Shown here one piece after another: positions 45,952 through 55,137 of a stretch of DNA of 64,000 nt. Each line of letters starts with the position of its first letter. Positions within the stretch are counted from its first letter, which is position 1. Made by a program: the position numbers and the translations under genes. The notes below the pieces were generated by a model. The model was not told where the DNA came from and searched no databases. It saw nothing but the letters and a program-made list of their open reading frames with translations. The stretch is from an uncultured Acidobacteriota bacterium (GTDB taxonomy: Bacteria; Acidobacteriota; Thermoanaerobaculia; Multivoradales; UBA5704): positions 3,712,001 to 3,776,000 of the forward strand of contig CAVYRF010000002.1 of assembly GCA_963770895.1 (NCBI GenBank), read 5' to 3'.

Positions 45952-46374
45952 TCAGGCCGGCGGCGGAGGCGGGGGTGCTTCCCCGTTGGCGACGATGGCG
46001 TCGGCTTCGATCTCTACTCGCATGTCGGGGGAGATGAGGCGCTTGACTTCGACCATGGTGCAGGCGGGGCGGATGTCGCGGAAGACTTCACCGTGGGCGC
46101 GGCCGATGGCTTCCCAGTCGTGCTCGATGTCGGTGACGAAGATGCGGGTGCGCACGACGTCGGACAGGCGGGCGCCGGCGCGTTCCAGGGCCGAGGCGAC
46201 GATGCCCAGGATGGCGACGGTTTGCGCGTAGGCGTTGCCTGGGCCTACGACGCGGCCGGTGGCGTCCACGGCGGTGGTGCCCGAGACGTGGATGTAAGGG
46301 CCGACCCGCACCGCACGTGAATAGCCGACGATCGGCTCCCAGGGCGCTCCGCTCGAAACCAGGGATCTTTCCAT
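45952..46374 (-). CDS. RidA/YjgF/YER057c/UK114 family protein
   Basis: [43 protein letters not shown]. Confidence 0.9.
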   Translation of the reverse strand: MERSLVSSGAPWEPIVGYSRAVRVGPYIHVSGTTAVDATGRVVGPGNAYAQTVAILGIVASALERAGARLSDVVRTRIFVTDIEHDWEAIGRAHGEVFRDIRPACTMVEVKRLISPDMRVEIEADAIVANGEAPPPPPPA

Positions 46375-46565
46375 GCGGCCTCCTCGCGCGGGCGCGCGCG
46401 TCTGGAGCTTGCGGGTTGCGTGTGCTGATCAAGGCTAGCATGGACAGATGGCGCCACGGGGCGGCGGAGGCCACAGCGGAGGCGCTGCCGCCGTGGTAAC
46501 ATCTCGCTTCGAGGCGAAGAGCTGATTCAGCCCCTTCCGGTACCTTCCCAGCAAGGATTTGAGGT

Positions 46566-47096
46566 ATGAAGCGCCACTCTGGCAACCCTCCGCCGACGGG
46601 GCCGCCGGCGCCAGGCCCCGGCCAGGAATCGGTGTGGGACTATCCGCGCCCGCCGCGGCTTGAATCGTCGCCGCGCTGGATCCAGGTGAGGTTCGGCGGC
46701 ATCCTGCTGGCCGACAGCCGGCGCACGCTGCGCGTGCTGGAAACGAGCCATCCGCCGGTCTACTACCTGCCGCCCGCCGACGTCCGCATGGAGTACCTGG
46801 TGCCTTCGCCGCGCCGCAGCTGGTGCGAATGGAAAGGCCTGGCCAGCTACTACGACGTGGTGGTGCCTGACGCGGCTGCGGCTCGTCGCGCCGACAACGC
46901 AGCCTGGTTTTTTGCCGAACCGACGCTGCCGTACAAGGAGCTTCGCGGCTGGGTGGCCTTCTACCCTGCGGCCATGGATGCGTGCCTGGTGGACGGTGAA
47001 CCGGTGCAGGCGCAGCCGGGGGATTTTTACGGCGGCTGGATCACCCGCGACGTCCTGGGGCCGTTCAAGGGCGACCCCGGCACGGCGGATTGGTGA
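46566..47096 (+). CDS. DUF427 domain protein (long type)
   Basis: QESVWDYPRPP, RVLETSHPPVYY, SWCEWKG, QPGDFYGGWIT; GAGG RBS. Confidence 0.88.
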   Translation: MKRHSGNPPPTGPPAPGPGQESVWDYPRPPRLESSPRWIQVRFGGILLADSRRTLRVLETSHPPVYYLPPADVRMEYLVPSPRRSWCEWKGLASYYDVVVPDAAAARRADNAAWFFAEPTLPYKELRGWVAFYPAAMDACLVDGEPVQAQPGDFYGGWITRDVLGPFKGDPGTADW

Positions 47097-47144
47097 GCGC
47101 TGGCCGCCACGCCCTGCAGCGGACGCGGGGATGGCGGCCGGGGC

Positions 47145-48626
47145 TCAGCCGGCTGGCGCCGGTGACGCCAGGCTGCGGGCCAGGCGGATGCCGGTGAACT
47201 GGAAGCGGGTGTCGGCGGGCCAGAAGTTGCGGTAGCTGGCGCGGATGTGGTTGGCCGGCGTGGCGCAGGAGCCGCCGCGCAGGACTCGCTGGTTGTCCAT
47301 GAACTTGCCGTTGTATTCCATGAGCGCGCCGGCGAAGGGCTGATAGCCGGGGTAGGGCTCGTAGTGGTTGGTCGTCCACTCCCACACGTCGCCGCCCATC
47401 TGCAGCAGCTCGCCGCCGGGGCCGCTGGCGGCACGCGGGTGCAGGGCACCGCTGTCCAGGAAGTTGGCGGGCTTGCCGGGGAAGCCGGACAGCCGGGCGG
47501 CGTGCTCCCATTCGCGCTCGGTTGGCAGGCGGGCGCCCTCCCAGGCGCCGCCGGACTGGGCCTTCCAGCGCGCATAGGCATCGGCTTCGTAGAAGCTGAC
47601 GTGGCACACCGGTTCGTCGGGGTCCAGCTCGCGCAGGCCGGCCAGGGTCCAGATCCGCCAGCTGTCGTCGTGGCGCTCCCAATAGAGCGGCGCGGTCCAG
47701 CCGGCGGCACGCGCCATGGCCCAGCCGTTGGCCAGCCACAGCAGCGGGTCGGCGTAGCCGCCGCCCTGGACAAACTCCAGGAACTGGCCGTTGGTGACCA
47801 GCCGGTCGGCCAGGGCGAACTCTTCCAGCCAGGCCGTATGGACCGGCATTTCGTTGTCCCAGCACCATCCGCCTTCAAGGTTGCCGAAGCGGTGCGGGCC
47901 GCCCCCGAACGGCACCCAGGCGACGCCGCCTCGCCTTGCTTCGCCCCGGCCGGCCCGCGGCAGCCGCCCTGCTGCTGCGGCGGCGGTGGCGGCGCCGGTT
48001 GCGAGGTGCACGCCCGTCGCGGCGCCCCCGCCGGCGCCGGCGGCAGCCGGTCCGGCGACGTACGGCTCGCGCAGCTCGGCGATGTTGGAGCCCAGGATGT
48101 GCTTGATCTCGGTGACCAGCAGCTCCTGGTGCTGCTGCTCGTGCTGCATGCCGGTGGCGGTGAGGAAGCGCAGGCGCTCGAAATCGGCCCGCGGCGCGTT
48201 GGCGATCAGCTCCTGCATGCGGCCGTCGACCGAGGCGCGGAAGGCGTAGATTTCCTCTGTGGTCGGGCGGGTCACCAGGCCGCGGCGATCGCGGGCCAGG
48301 CGCGGCCCCAGCGACTCGTAGTAGGAGTTGAGGGCGTAGTCCAGGCGGTTGTCGCTGGCGTGGCGGCGGCCGAACGGTTCCAGGATGTTCTTGGCGAAGA
48401 ACCAGGAGGTGTGGCCGAGATTCCACCAGGGGGGGCTGACGTCGGGCATCGACTGGATGCGGAAGTCCTCCGCCTTGAGCGGCCGGCAGAGATCGACGCT
48501 GCGCTGCCGCACGGCGAGGTAGGCGCCCCACAGCTGCTGGCGGGCGTCGTTTTCCACCTGTTGCTGCTCCGGCCCGGTGCCGGTGCGCGGCGTGCTCAGT
48601 ACGGCAGATTCAGGGGTGGCGTCCAT
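47145..48626 (-). CDS. egtB: Ergothioneine biosynthesis sulfoxide synthase (DinB_2 + FGE-sulfatase domains)
   Basis: QSMPDVSPPWWNLGHTSWFF, HEQQHQEL iron motif, HVSFYEADAYARW, RLPTEREWE, EYNGKFM, YRNFW...RFQFTGIRLA; GGAGG before ATG 48626. Confidence 0.9.
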   Translation of the reverse strand: MDATPESAVLSTPRTGTGPEQQQVENDARQQLWGAYLAVRQRSVDLCRPLKAEDFRIQSMPDVSPPWWNLGHTSWFFAKNILEPFGRRHASDNRLDYALNSYYESLGPRLARDRRGLVTRPTTEEIYAFRASVDGRMQELIANAPRADFERLRFLTATGMQHEQQHQELLVTEIKHILGSNIAELREPYVAGPAAAGAGGGAATGVHLATGAATAAAAAGRLPRAGRGEARRGGVAWVPFGGGPHRFGNLEGGWCWDNEMPVHTAWLEEFALADRLVTNGQFLEFVQGGGYADPLLWLANGWAMARAAGWTAPLYWERHDDSWRIWTLAGLRELDPDEPVCHVSFYEADAYARWKAQSGGAWEGARLPTEREWEHAARLSGFPGKPANFLDSGALHPRAASGPGGELLQMGGDVWEWTTNHYEPYPGYQPFAGALMEYNGKFMDNQRVLRGGSCATPANHIRASYRNFWPADTRFQFTGIRLARSLASPAPAG

Positions 48627-48649
48627 GTCGGTCGTGCCCTCCGCGTGCG

Positions 48650-48700
48650 GCGATTGTACGCTTACCATGTTGATGAAACGCGCCCGGACACTACAATCAT
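48650..48700. promoter_or_regulatory. Back-to-back TACAAT -10 boxes for egtB (-) and DUF427 (+)
   Basis: ATTGTA at 48653-48658 (TACAAT on -) and TACAAT at 48692-48697 (+). Confidence 0.5.
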
Positions 48701-48769
48701 CCCGTGGCGGTCTGGTGCGATGCCGCGCTCGCGTTGGGCGCGGCCAGGCACTGCCGCAAGGAGGATGCC

Positions 48770-49054
48770 ATGGCGCGTGCCGTCTGGAACGGTGCCGTGC
48801 TTGCCGAAGCCGACGACTTCGAGGTCGTCGAGGGGAACGTGTACTTCCCGCCCGCCGCGGTCCATCGCGAGTACTTCCGCGACAGCCCGACCACCACGGT
48901 TTGCGGCTGGAAGGGCACGGCCAACTATTACAGCGTGGTGGTGGACGGCCAGGAGAACGCCGACGCCGCCTGGTACTACGCCGAGCCGAAAGCGGCGGCC
49001 TCCCGCATCAAGGATCACGTCGCCTTCTGGCACGGCGTGACCGTCGAGCGGTAG
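48770..49054 (+). CDS. DUF427 domain protein (short type)
   Basis: MARAVWNGAVLAE, VEGNVYFP, CGWKGTANYY, AAWYY.EPK, VAFWHGV; AAGGAGG RBS. Confidence 0.9.
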   Translation: MARAVWNGAVLAEADDFEVVEGNVYFPPAAVHREYFRDSPTTTVCGWKGTANYYSVVVDGQENADAAWYYAEPKAAASRIKDHVAFWHGVTVER

Positions 49055-49221
49055 GTCCCGGCGCACCCTTCCGACCCCGGCGGCGCACGGCGCAGCCCGG
49101 CGCACGGCGGGGCAAAATGGGGTAGGCTTCGCGTCATTGAATCTTTTCGGCATCCCGACTGCCGAGGCCTGCCATCAGTCGGAAGGAGGAAGGAATGACC
49201 GTACCAAGAGGGTATGCAAGG

Positions 49222-50100
49222 ATGGGGCGTCTGGGGCTTGCCCTGGCCGTTGCCGTCGCGATGTTCCTGCTGGCAGGTGCCGTCGCTCCGGCACACGCCG
49301 CCGCCGCTCCGGCCGCCACCGCGGCCGCGCCCATCGATCTGAACACGGCGAGCCAGAAGGACCTGGAATCGCTGCCGGGGGTCGGTTCGGCGACCGCAAA
49401 GAAGATCATCGCCGGGCGGCCTTATGCCGCGGTCGCCGATCTGTCGCGCGCCGGGGTGTCGGCCAAGACGATCGACAAGATCAAGGGCCTGGTAACGGTG
49501 AGCGGCGCCCCGGCGGCGCCTGCCGCACCGCCGATCCAGGGTGCCGCCGGCCCCAACACCGGCCGCAACGCCACCCACACGCCGCCGCAGACGTTGGCCG
49601 GCGCGGCGCCGGCTGCCAAGGTGGACCTCAACAGCGCCAGCGAGAAGGACCTTGAGACCCTGCCGGGCGTCGGCAAGGCGACGGCAAAGAAGATCATCGC
49701 CTCGCGGCCGTACAGCACCGTCGAGGACCTGTCGCGCGCCGGCATTTCGGCGTCGACGATCGCCAAGCTGGCGCCGCTCGCGACCGCCGGTCCGTCGACG
49801 ATCCCGCCGGCACCCACCGGCCCGGCGACCGCTCCTGCCGCGGCACCGGCAGCACCCATGGCCCCGGCCGCGGCGCCCGCCAAGGGCTCGGCAGCGGCGG
49901 CCTCGACTGCCGCGGTGCAGCCGCCGGCGCCGGGGATGGTGTGGGTCAACCTTGAAACCAAGGTCTATCACTACGCCGGCGACCGCTGGTACGGCAAGAC
50001 CAAGAAGGGGCAGTACATGACCGAGGCCGACGCGATCAAGGCGGGATATCGCGCCGCAAAGAACGGCCCCAAGGGCGCGACGACGGCGCCGCCACAGTAG
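49222..50100 (+). CDS. Exported ComEA-family protein with two helix-hairpin-helix DNA-binding domains
   Basis: Signal peptide; [18 protein letters not shown] and [18 protein letters not shown]; C-terminal VWVN...YH...WYGKTKKG domain; start may be 49195. Confidence 0.85.
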   Translation: MGRLGLALAVAVAMFLLAGAVAPAHAAAAPAATAAAPIDLNTASQKDLESLPGVGSATAKKIIAGRPYAAVADLSRAGVSAKTIDKIKGLVTVSGAPAAPAAPPIQGAAGPNTGRNATHTPPQTLAGAAPAAKVDLNSASEKDLETLPGVGKATAKKIIASRPYSTVEDLSRAGISASTIAKLAPLATAGPSTIPPAPTGPATAPAAAPAAPMAPAAAPAKGSAAAASTAAVQPPAPGMVWVNLETKVYHYAGDRWYGKTKKGQYMTEADAIKAGYRAAKNGPKGATTAPPQ

Positions 50101-50117
50101 GGTAGATAGCTCGCCGG

Positions 50118-50172
50118 TGGCGCCGCAGGCGGCGCCAATGGGGACCGGCCTCCCGCTCGGGAAGGCCGGTCC
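50118..50172. terminator. Two consecutive GC-rich hairpins after the ComEA-like gene
   Basis: tggcgccg-cagg-cggcgcca (50118-50137) and ggaccggcct-...-aggccggtcc (50142-50172). Confidence 0.5.
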
Positions 50173-50240
50173 GCGGAACAGTTGAAGCGGCGCGCATGGC
50201 GCGGGGCTGACGCCGCAGACGACGGGAAAGGTGGTACGGA

Positions 50241-50687
50241 ATGGGCTTTCTAGACGAAATCCTGAGCGCTGCGAAGGCTGCTCCGGCGCTGAGCGGCGCA
50301 CTTGAAGGCGGCGGCGCCGCGGCCGCTCCTGGCACACATGCGACGTTGGTGCAGGAAGCGATGGGGCTGCTCAACCAGGACAACAACGGCGGCCTGCCCG
50401 GCCTCATGCAGCAGTTCGAGAGTCAGGGCCTGGGTCACCTGGTGCAGTCCTGGGTGGGGCCGGGGCAAAACCTGCCGGTCACCGGGGCGCAGCTGCAGAG
50501 CGTATTGGGCAACGACCGGTTGCAGCAGCTGGCGGCGCGCGTGGGCCTGCCGCCCGATGCGGCGGCTTCGGCGCTGGCCGCGGTGCTTCCCTCGCTGATC
50601 GACCGGGTGACGCCGGGCGGCAGCGTCGAGCATCAGCTGCTGCAAGAGGGGCTGACCTGGCTTGAGGGGCAGCAGCGGCCAGCGTGA
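50241..50687 (+). CDS. YidB/DUF937 family protein
   Basis: GGLPGLMQQF...GLGHLVQSWVG.GQNLPV...LP.LIDRVTPGG. Confidence 0.88.
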   Translation: MGFLDEILSAAKAAPALSGALEGGGAAAAPGTHATLVQEAMGLLNQDNNGGLPGLMQQFESQGLGHLVQSWVGPGQNLPVTGAQLQSVLGNDRLQQLAARVGLPPDAAASALAAVLPSLIDRVTPGGSVEHQLLQEGLTWLEGQQRPA

Positions 50688-50789
50688 CGCTTCCCGGACC
50701 CGCCTGACCCCGCGAATCCGCGAACCGTGGAACGCGGCGGCGCGCTGCTGCGGTGGCGGCGCGTATGACATGCAAGGAAGGGAGACAAG

Positions 50790-51119
50790 ATGATCAACCG
50801 ATTGGCAGCGACGTTCGTGATGGTGGCGCTGGCGGCCGCCCTGCTGGTGGCTCCGGCAAGCGCCGCGGCGCCCAAGACCTACCAGGTGACGGGGCCGGTC
50901 GTCGAGCTGAACGCGGACACCATCGTGGTGATGAAGGGCAAGGACCGTTGGGAGATCGCCCGCGATGCCACGACCAAGGTGACCGGCGACCTGAAGGTCG
51001 GCTCCAAGGTGACCATCACCTATCGGATGAGCGCCACCGCCATCGACGTCAAGCCCGACACCGCCTCGAAGGCCAAGAAGGGCGCGGCAGGCAGCGGCTC
51101 CGGTACCGGCACCAACTGA
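50790..51119 (+). CDS. Small exported beta-barrel (OB-like) protein
   Basis: Signal peptide; KTYQVTGPVVEL...WEIARD...GDLKVGSKVTI.Y; AAGGGAG RBS. Confidence 0.75.
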   Translation: MINRLAATFVMVALAAALLVAPASAAAPKTYQVTGPVVELNADTIVVMKGKDRWEIARDATTKVTGDLKVGSKVTITYRMSATAIDVKPDTASKAKKGAAGSGSGTGTN

Positions 51120-51251
51120 CCTCCCGCCGGTCTGCGACCTGTGGTGATCCCGCCGGCCGCCGGCGGCCCGCATCGTGTCGGGTCCGCCGGCCGGTCCGGG
51201 CTTTGCATTAGCGCGTGGTGCATGAGCACGGGCACTGGTACTCTATAGATC

Positions 51252-52238
51252 ATGGAAGCGCTCGACACCCACGCCCCCGCGGCTGGGCATGACCACAACC
51301 ATGCCCACGGCCATGGGCATGGGCACGACCATGACCACGGGCATGCTCACGGCCTGGGCCACCACCACCATCATGGCGGCGCCGGGGCGGGGCACGAAAA
51401 GCGCCTGCTGTGGACGCTGGGCCTGGCGGCCGCCTACATGGTGGCGGAGGGCGTGGGCGGTTACCTCACCGGGTCGCTCGCCCTGCTCGCTGACGCCAGC
51501 CACATGCTGTCCGACGTGGCGGCGCTGGGCCTGTCGGTGTTCGCCATCCGCATCGCGCGGCGGCCGCCGACGCCGACCCGCACCTACGGTCATTACCGCA
51601 CCGAGATCCTGGCGGCGCTGGTCAACGGCGCCATGCTGGTGGCGCTGGCAATCTACGTCGTGGTCGAGGCGAGCCGCCGGCTGTCCGCGCCGCCCTCGGT
51701 CGACGCGCCGGTGATGATGGGGATTGCCGCCGGCGGGCTGCTGTTCAACATCGTCGGCATGCAGCTGCTCTCCGCCGGGCGGGAGGAGAGCATGAACGTG
51801 CGCGGCGCCTGGCTGCACGTGGCGACCGACGCGCTGGGCAGCTTGCAGACCATCATCGCCGGCGGCCTCATCTGGGCGTTCGGCTGGCGCTGGGCCGACC
51901 CCGCGGCGTCGATCGTGATCGCCCTGCTGGTGATCTACTCGTCGTGGTCGCTGCTGCGCGATGCGGTGGGCGTGCTGATGGAGGGGGTGCCCCGCCATCT
52001 CGACGTGGTGGCGGTGCGCGACGCGCTTGCCGGCGTCTCCGGCGTGGTCAGCGTGCACGACCTGCACGTCTGGACGATCACCAGCGGCCGCGACGCCCTG
52101 TCCGCCCACCTGGTGGTGGGCGAGGCGACGACGCGCAGCTTGACCCTGCAGGAGGTGCGCGGCACCCTCGCCGACCGCTTCGGCATCAAGCACGTGACGG
52201 TACAGATCGAGCAGGACGAATGCGGCGACGGCTGTTAG
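51252..52238 (+). CDS. czcD: Cation diffusion facilitator (Zn/Co/Cd efflux) with His-rich N-terminus
   Basis: SLALLADASHMLSD, TYGHYRTEIL, NVRGAWLHVATDALGS, HDLHVWTI, HVTVQIE. Confidence 0.92.
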   Translation: MEALDTHAPAAGHDHNHAHGHGHGHDHDHGHAHGLGHHHHHGGAGAGHEKRLLWTLGLAAAYMVAEGVGGYLTGSLALLADASHMLSDVAALGLSVFAIRIARRPPTPTRTYGHYRTEILAALVNGAMLVALAIYVVVEASRRLSAPPSVDAPVMMGIAAGGLLFNIVGMQLLSAGREESMNVRGAWLHVATDALGSLQTIIAGGLIWAFGWRWADPAASIVIALLVIYSSWSLLRDAVGVLMEGVPRHLDVVAVRDALAGVSGVVSVHDLHVWTITSGRDALSAHLVVGEATTRSLTLQEVRGTLADRFGIKHVTVQIEQDECGDGC

Positions 52239-52302
52239 TCCACTCGAGCCTGCCGGCCCGCGCGACGCACTGGATGATCAACTGGACGGAGGACGGACGC
52301 GC

Positions 52303-53406
52303 GTGAAGGCGGCAGCGGTGGGCAAGGAAACGGCGGTTGGGCGGTACTTCCGCATCGAGCGCGCGCAGGACGTGCCGGCGCCGGACCCGCGGGCGGTGGA
52401 CGTGGCGGTGCTCGACATGAATCACGGCTGGCCCAACCTGGGCCACGACTCGCTGGTGCATGCAATTCTGGAAGGCGATCCCGAGCGCCTCGCCGGCGAA
52501 CGCGCCGGCGGCGTTCACACCCGCGTGCTGTCGTTCGACGTGCGGCGCTGCGGCATGGTGCCCGATCCTCCCGGCGCGGGCAGGCGGTTTGCCATCTACC
52601 TGGGCACCGGCGGCCCCGGCCATCTCGATCCGCGCCGCAACGACGGCGTGGCGCCCGAAAGCCAGGGCCTGGACGAAGACGCCAGCTGGGAGGCGCCGCT
52701 GTTCCGGCTGTTCGACGCGATTGCCGCTGATCCCGGCGCCGTGCTGCTGGCGGTGTGCCACACCTTCGGCGTGATGTGCCGCTGGACGGGCGTGGCGGCG
52801 CCGGTGCTGCGCGGCGCGGACAAGGGCGGCAAGAGCTCGGGAGTGCTGGAAAATCTCTGGACCGCCGAGGCGGCGTCCCACCCCTGGTTCGGCCGCTTCG
52901 TCAACATCGACGGCGACCGGCTGCGCATCGTCGACAACCGCCTGTTCGACCTGATCGAGGAGCCCAGGCCGCTGCCCGCCGGGTCGCTGCGCATCGGCCA
53001 CGACACCCTGGGCGTCGGCGGTCCTGCCGGCGGCGCCCTGACGATGATGGAGTTCGCGCGCGACCAGGCGGGGGTGATGCCGCGCATCTTCGGCGTCAAC
53101 CATCACCCCGAGGTGGTCGATCGCAACAACCAGCTGGTGGTGCTCGAAGAGATGATCCAGCGCGGCGACGTCAGCCCGGCGTGGGTGGCCGAGCGGCGCG
53201 AAATCCTCACCCACCGGCGCCCCGACGAGGACAGCGACAGCCGGTTGCGGCGCACCTCCGAATGCACCCTGCTCGGGCCGTTGCGCTTCCACCTGTACCG
53301 CCAGCTGCGGCTGCGCGCCGAAGCGCTGCACCTGCGCCCGGCGCTGCACGAGGACCAGGCGCTGCACGACGCCGCCGCGCCGGTCGCCTCCCAGACGCTC
53401 GCCTGA
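52303..53406 (+). CDS. Class I glutamine amidotransferase-like protein (possible gamma-glutamyl peptidase)
   Basis: LDMNHG.PN.G, GTGGPG, nucleophile elbow AVCHTFG, catalytic NHHPE. Confidence 0.7.
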   Translation: MKAAAVGKETAVGRYFRIERAQDVPAPDPRAVDVAVLDMNHGWPNLGHDSLVHAILEGDPERLAGERAGGVHTRVLSFDVRRCGMVPDPPGAGRRFAIYLGTGGPGHLDPRRNDGVAPESQGLDEDASWEAPLFRLFDAIAADPGAVLLAVCHTFGVMCRWTGVAAPVLRGADKGGKSSGVLENLWTAEAASHPWFGRFVNIDGDRLRIVDNRLFDLIEEPRPLPAGSLRIGHDTLGVGGPAGGALTMMEFARDQAGVMPRIFGVNHHPEVVDRNNQLVVLEEMIQRGDVSPAWVAERREILTHRRPDEDSDSRLRRTSECTLLGPLRFHLYRQLRLRAEALHLRPALHEDQALHDAAAPVASQTLA

Positions 53407-53413
53407 CGTTTCC

Positions 53414-54973
53414 ATGCTACCGAAACCGCCCTTTGCCTGGGAGCTGACGCCCGAGCGCGAGATCGCCTCGTTCGAAGCGCTCAAGCCGCGCCTGCGCGAC
53501 GTCTGGGAAGCGCTCACCATGCGCGACGAGGAGCCCCACACGTCGGTCGTGGTGCCGTCGCTGACGCTCGACCGCGGCAGCCTGGAAAAGCTGACCGGCG
53601 CCAGCTTCTACGAGGAGCGGCTGCTGTTCCTGCTCATCCGGCTGCGCAATCCGCGGGCGCGCATGGTCTACGTGACCTCGCAGCCGGTGCACCCGTTGAT
53701 CCTGGAGTACTACTTCCAGCTGCTCGCCGGCATCCCGGCGAGCCACGCGCGGGCGCGGCTCACCCTGCTGTGCGCCTACGACGCGACGGCGCGCCCGCTG
53801 ACCGAAAAGGTGTTGGAGCGGCCGCGCCTCATCCAGCGCATCCGCGACGGCATCCAGGACCCTTCCCGCGCCTACCTGACGGTGTTCAATTCGACCGAGC
53901 AGGAGCGCCGGCTGGCGGTCCTGCTGGGCATCCCGCTCAACGGCGCCGACCCGCAGCTGGCGCACCTGGGCACCAAGTCGGGCAGCCGCAAGATCTTTCG
54001 CCAGGCGGAGGTGCCGCTGCCCGAGGGGATGGAAGACCTGCGCGACCAGAGCGACGTCCAGGAAGCCTTGGTGGAGCTGCGGCGGCGCCGGCCGGGGCTG
54101 CGCAAGGCGGTGATCAAGCTGGAGGACAGCTTTTCCGGCGAGGGCAACGCCATCTTCCGCTACCCGCGCGCTGCGGGTTCGGGGCGCGGCCGCGGCGGCT
54201 GCAGCCCGGCGGCGGTGCGCGACGCGCTCGCCGGCATCGAGCTGTCCGTGCCCGAGGAGACGCCGGCCAGCTATTTTGCCAAGTTCGCGGCGATGGGCGG
54301 CGTGGTCGAGGAGTTCATCGAGGGCAAGGAAAAGACCTCTCCCAGCACCCAGCTGCGCATCAGCCCCTATGGTGAGGTGCTGACCATCTCGACCCACGAC
54401 CAGATCCTGGGCGGCCCCAGCGCACAGGTGTTCCTGGGGTGTCGCTTTCCGGCGCACGCCGACTACCGCATGCCGATGCAGCGCCAGGCCGTGCGCATCG
54501 GCGAGGTGCTCGCCTCGCACGGCGTGGTCAGCCGCTTTGCCGTCGACTTTCTCTGCTGGCGCGACGACCCACAGGATGCCTGGCAGATGGCGGCGCTGGA
54601 GATCAACCTGCGCATGGGCGGCACCACCCACCCGTACCTGGCGCTGCAGTTCCTGACCGGCGGCTCCCTCAACCCCGGCACCGGGCAGTTCTGGTCGCCC
54701 AGCGGGCGCTCCAAGTGCTACATCGCGACCGACAACCTGCGCTCCGAAAACTACCGCGGCCTGCTGCCTGAAGATCTGATCGAGATCCTGACCGAGAACC
54801 GCCTGCACTACAGCCATGGCACCGAGTCCGGGGTACTGTTCCACCTGATCGGCGCCGTGTCCGAGTTCGGCAAGCTCGGGGTCACCGCCATCGCCGACAG
54901 CATCGACGAGGCGGACTCCATCTACAGCCATACCCTGGCGGTGCTCGACCGGGAGACCACCTATCGCAATTGA
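53414..54973 (+). CDS. PGM1-related ATP-grasp peptide ligase
   Basis: VVVPSLT, YEERLLFLL..LRNP, GTKSGSRKIF, KLEDSFSGEGNA, VEEFIEG, STHDQILGG, EINLRMGGTTHP, ATDNL. Confidence 0.85.
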   Translation: MLPKPPFAWELTPEREIASFEALKPRLRDVWEALTMRDEEPHTSVVVPSLTLDRGSLEKLTGASFYEERLLFLLIRLRNPRARMVYVTSQPVHPLILEYYFQLLAGIPASHARARLTLLCAYDATARPLTEKVLERPRLIQRIRDGIQDPSRAYLTVFNSTEQERRLAVLLGIPLNGADPQLAHLGTKSGSRKIFRQAEVPLPEGMEDLRDQSDVQEALVELRRRRPGLRKAVIKLEDSFSGEGNAIFRYPRAAGSGRGRGGCSPAAVRDALAGIELSVPEETPASYFAKFAAMGGVVEEFIEGKEKTSPSTQLRISPYGEVLTISTHDQILGGPSAQVFLGCRFPAHADYRMPMQRQAVRIGEVLASHGVVSRFAVDFLCWRDDPQDAWQMAALEINLRMGGTTHPYLALQFLTGGSLNPGTGQFWSPSGRSKCYIATDNLRSENYRGLLPEDLIEILTENRLHYSHGTESGVLFHLIGAVSEFGKLGVTAIADSIDEADSIYSHTLAVLDRETTYRN

Positions 54974-55137
54974 GCGCCGGCGCTGCTGAACCGGGGGGCC
55001 GGTCCCCCCGGCAGCGATGCAGGCTGCCAGCCGATGCCAGATGCGGGTATCGTCTTGCGGAGACGATATACTGCCCGCCGGGCAGCGCCAAAGCAGGTTC
55101 CGGAATCCTACGCATCCGCTCGCTTACGGAGACGACC

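Noticed and set aside
41491-50137. cgccgcaggcg hairpin core at about 41500 and 50121 as a REP family
   Set aside because: Only two short GC-rich copies, expected by chance at this composition
51285-51375. CAC/CAT-rich repeats
   Set aside because: Ordinary His-rich metal-binding tail of CDF transporters
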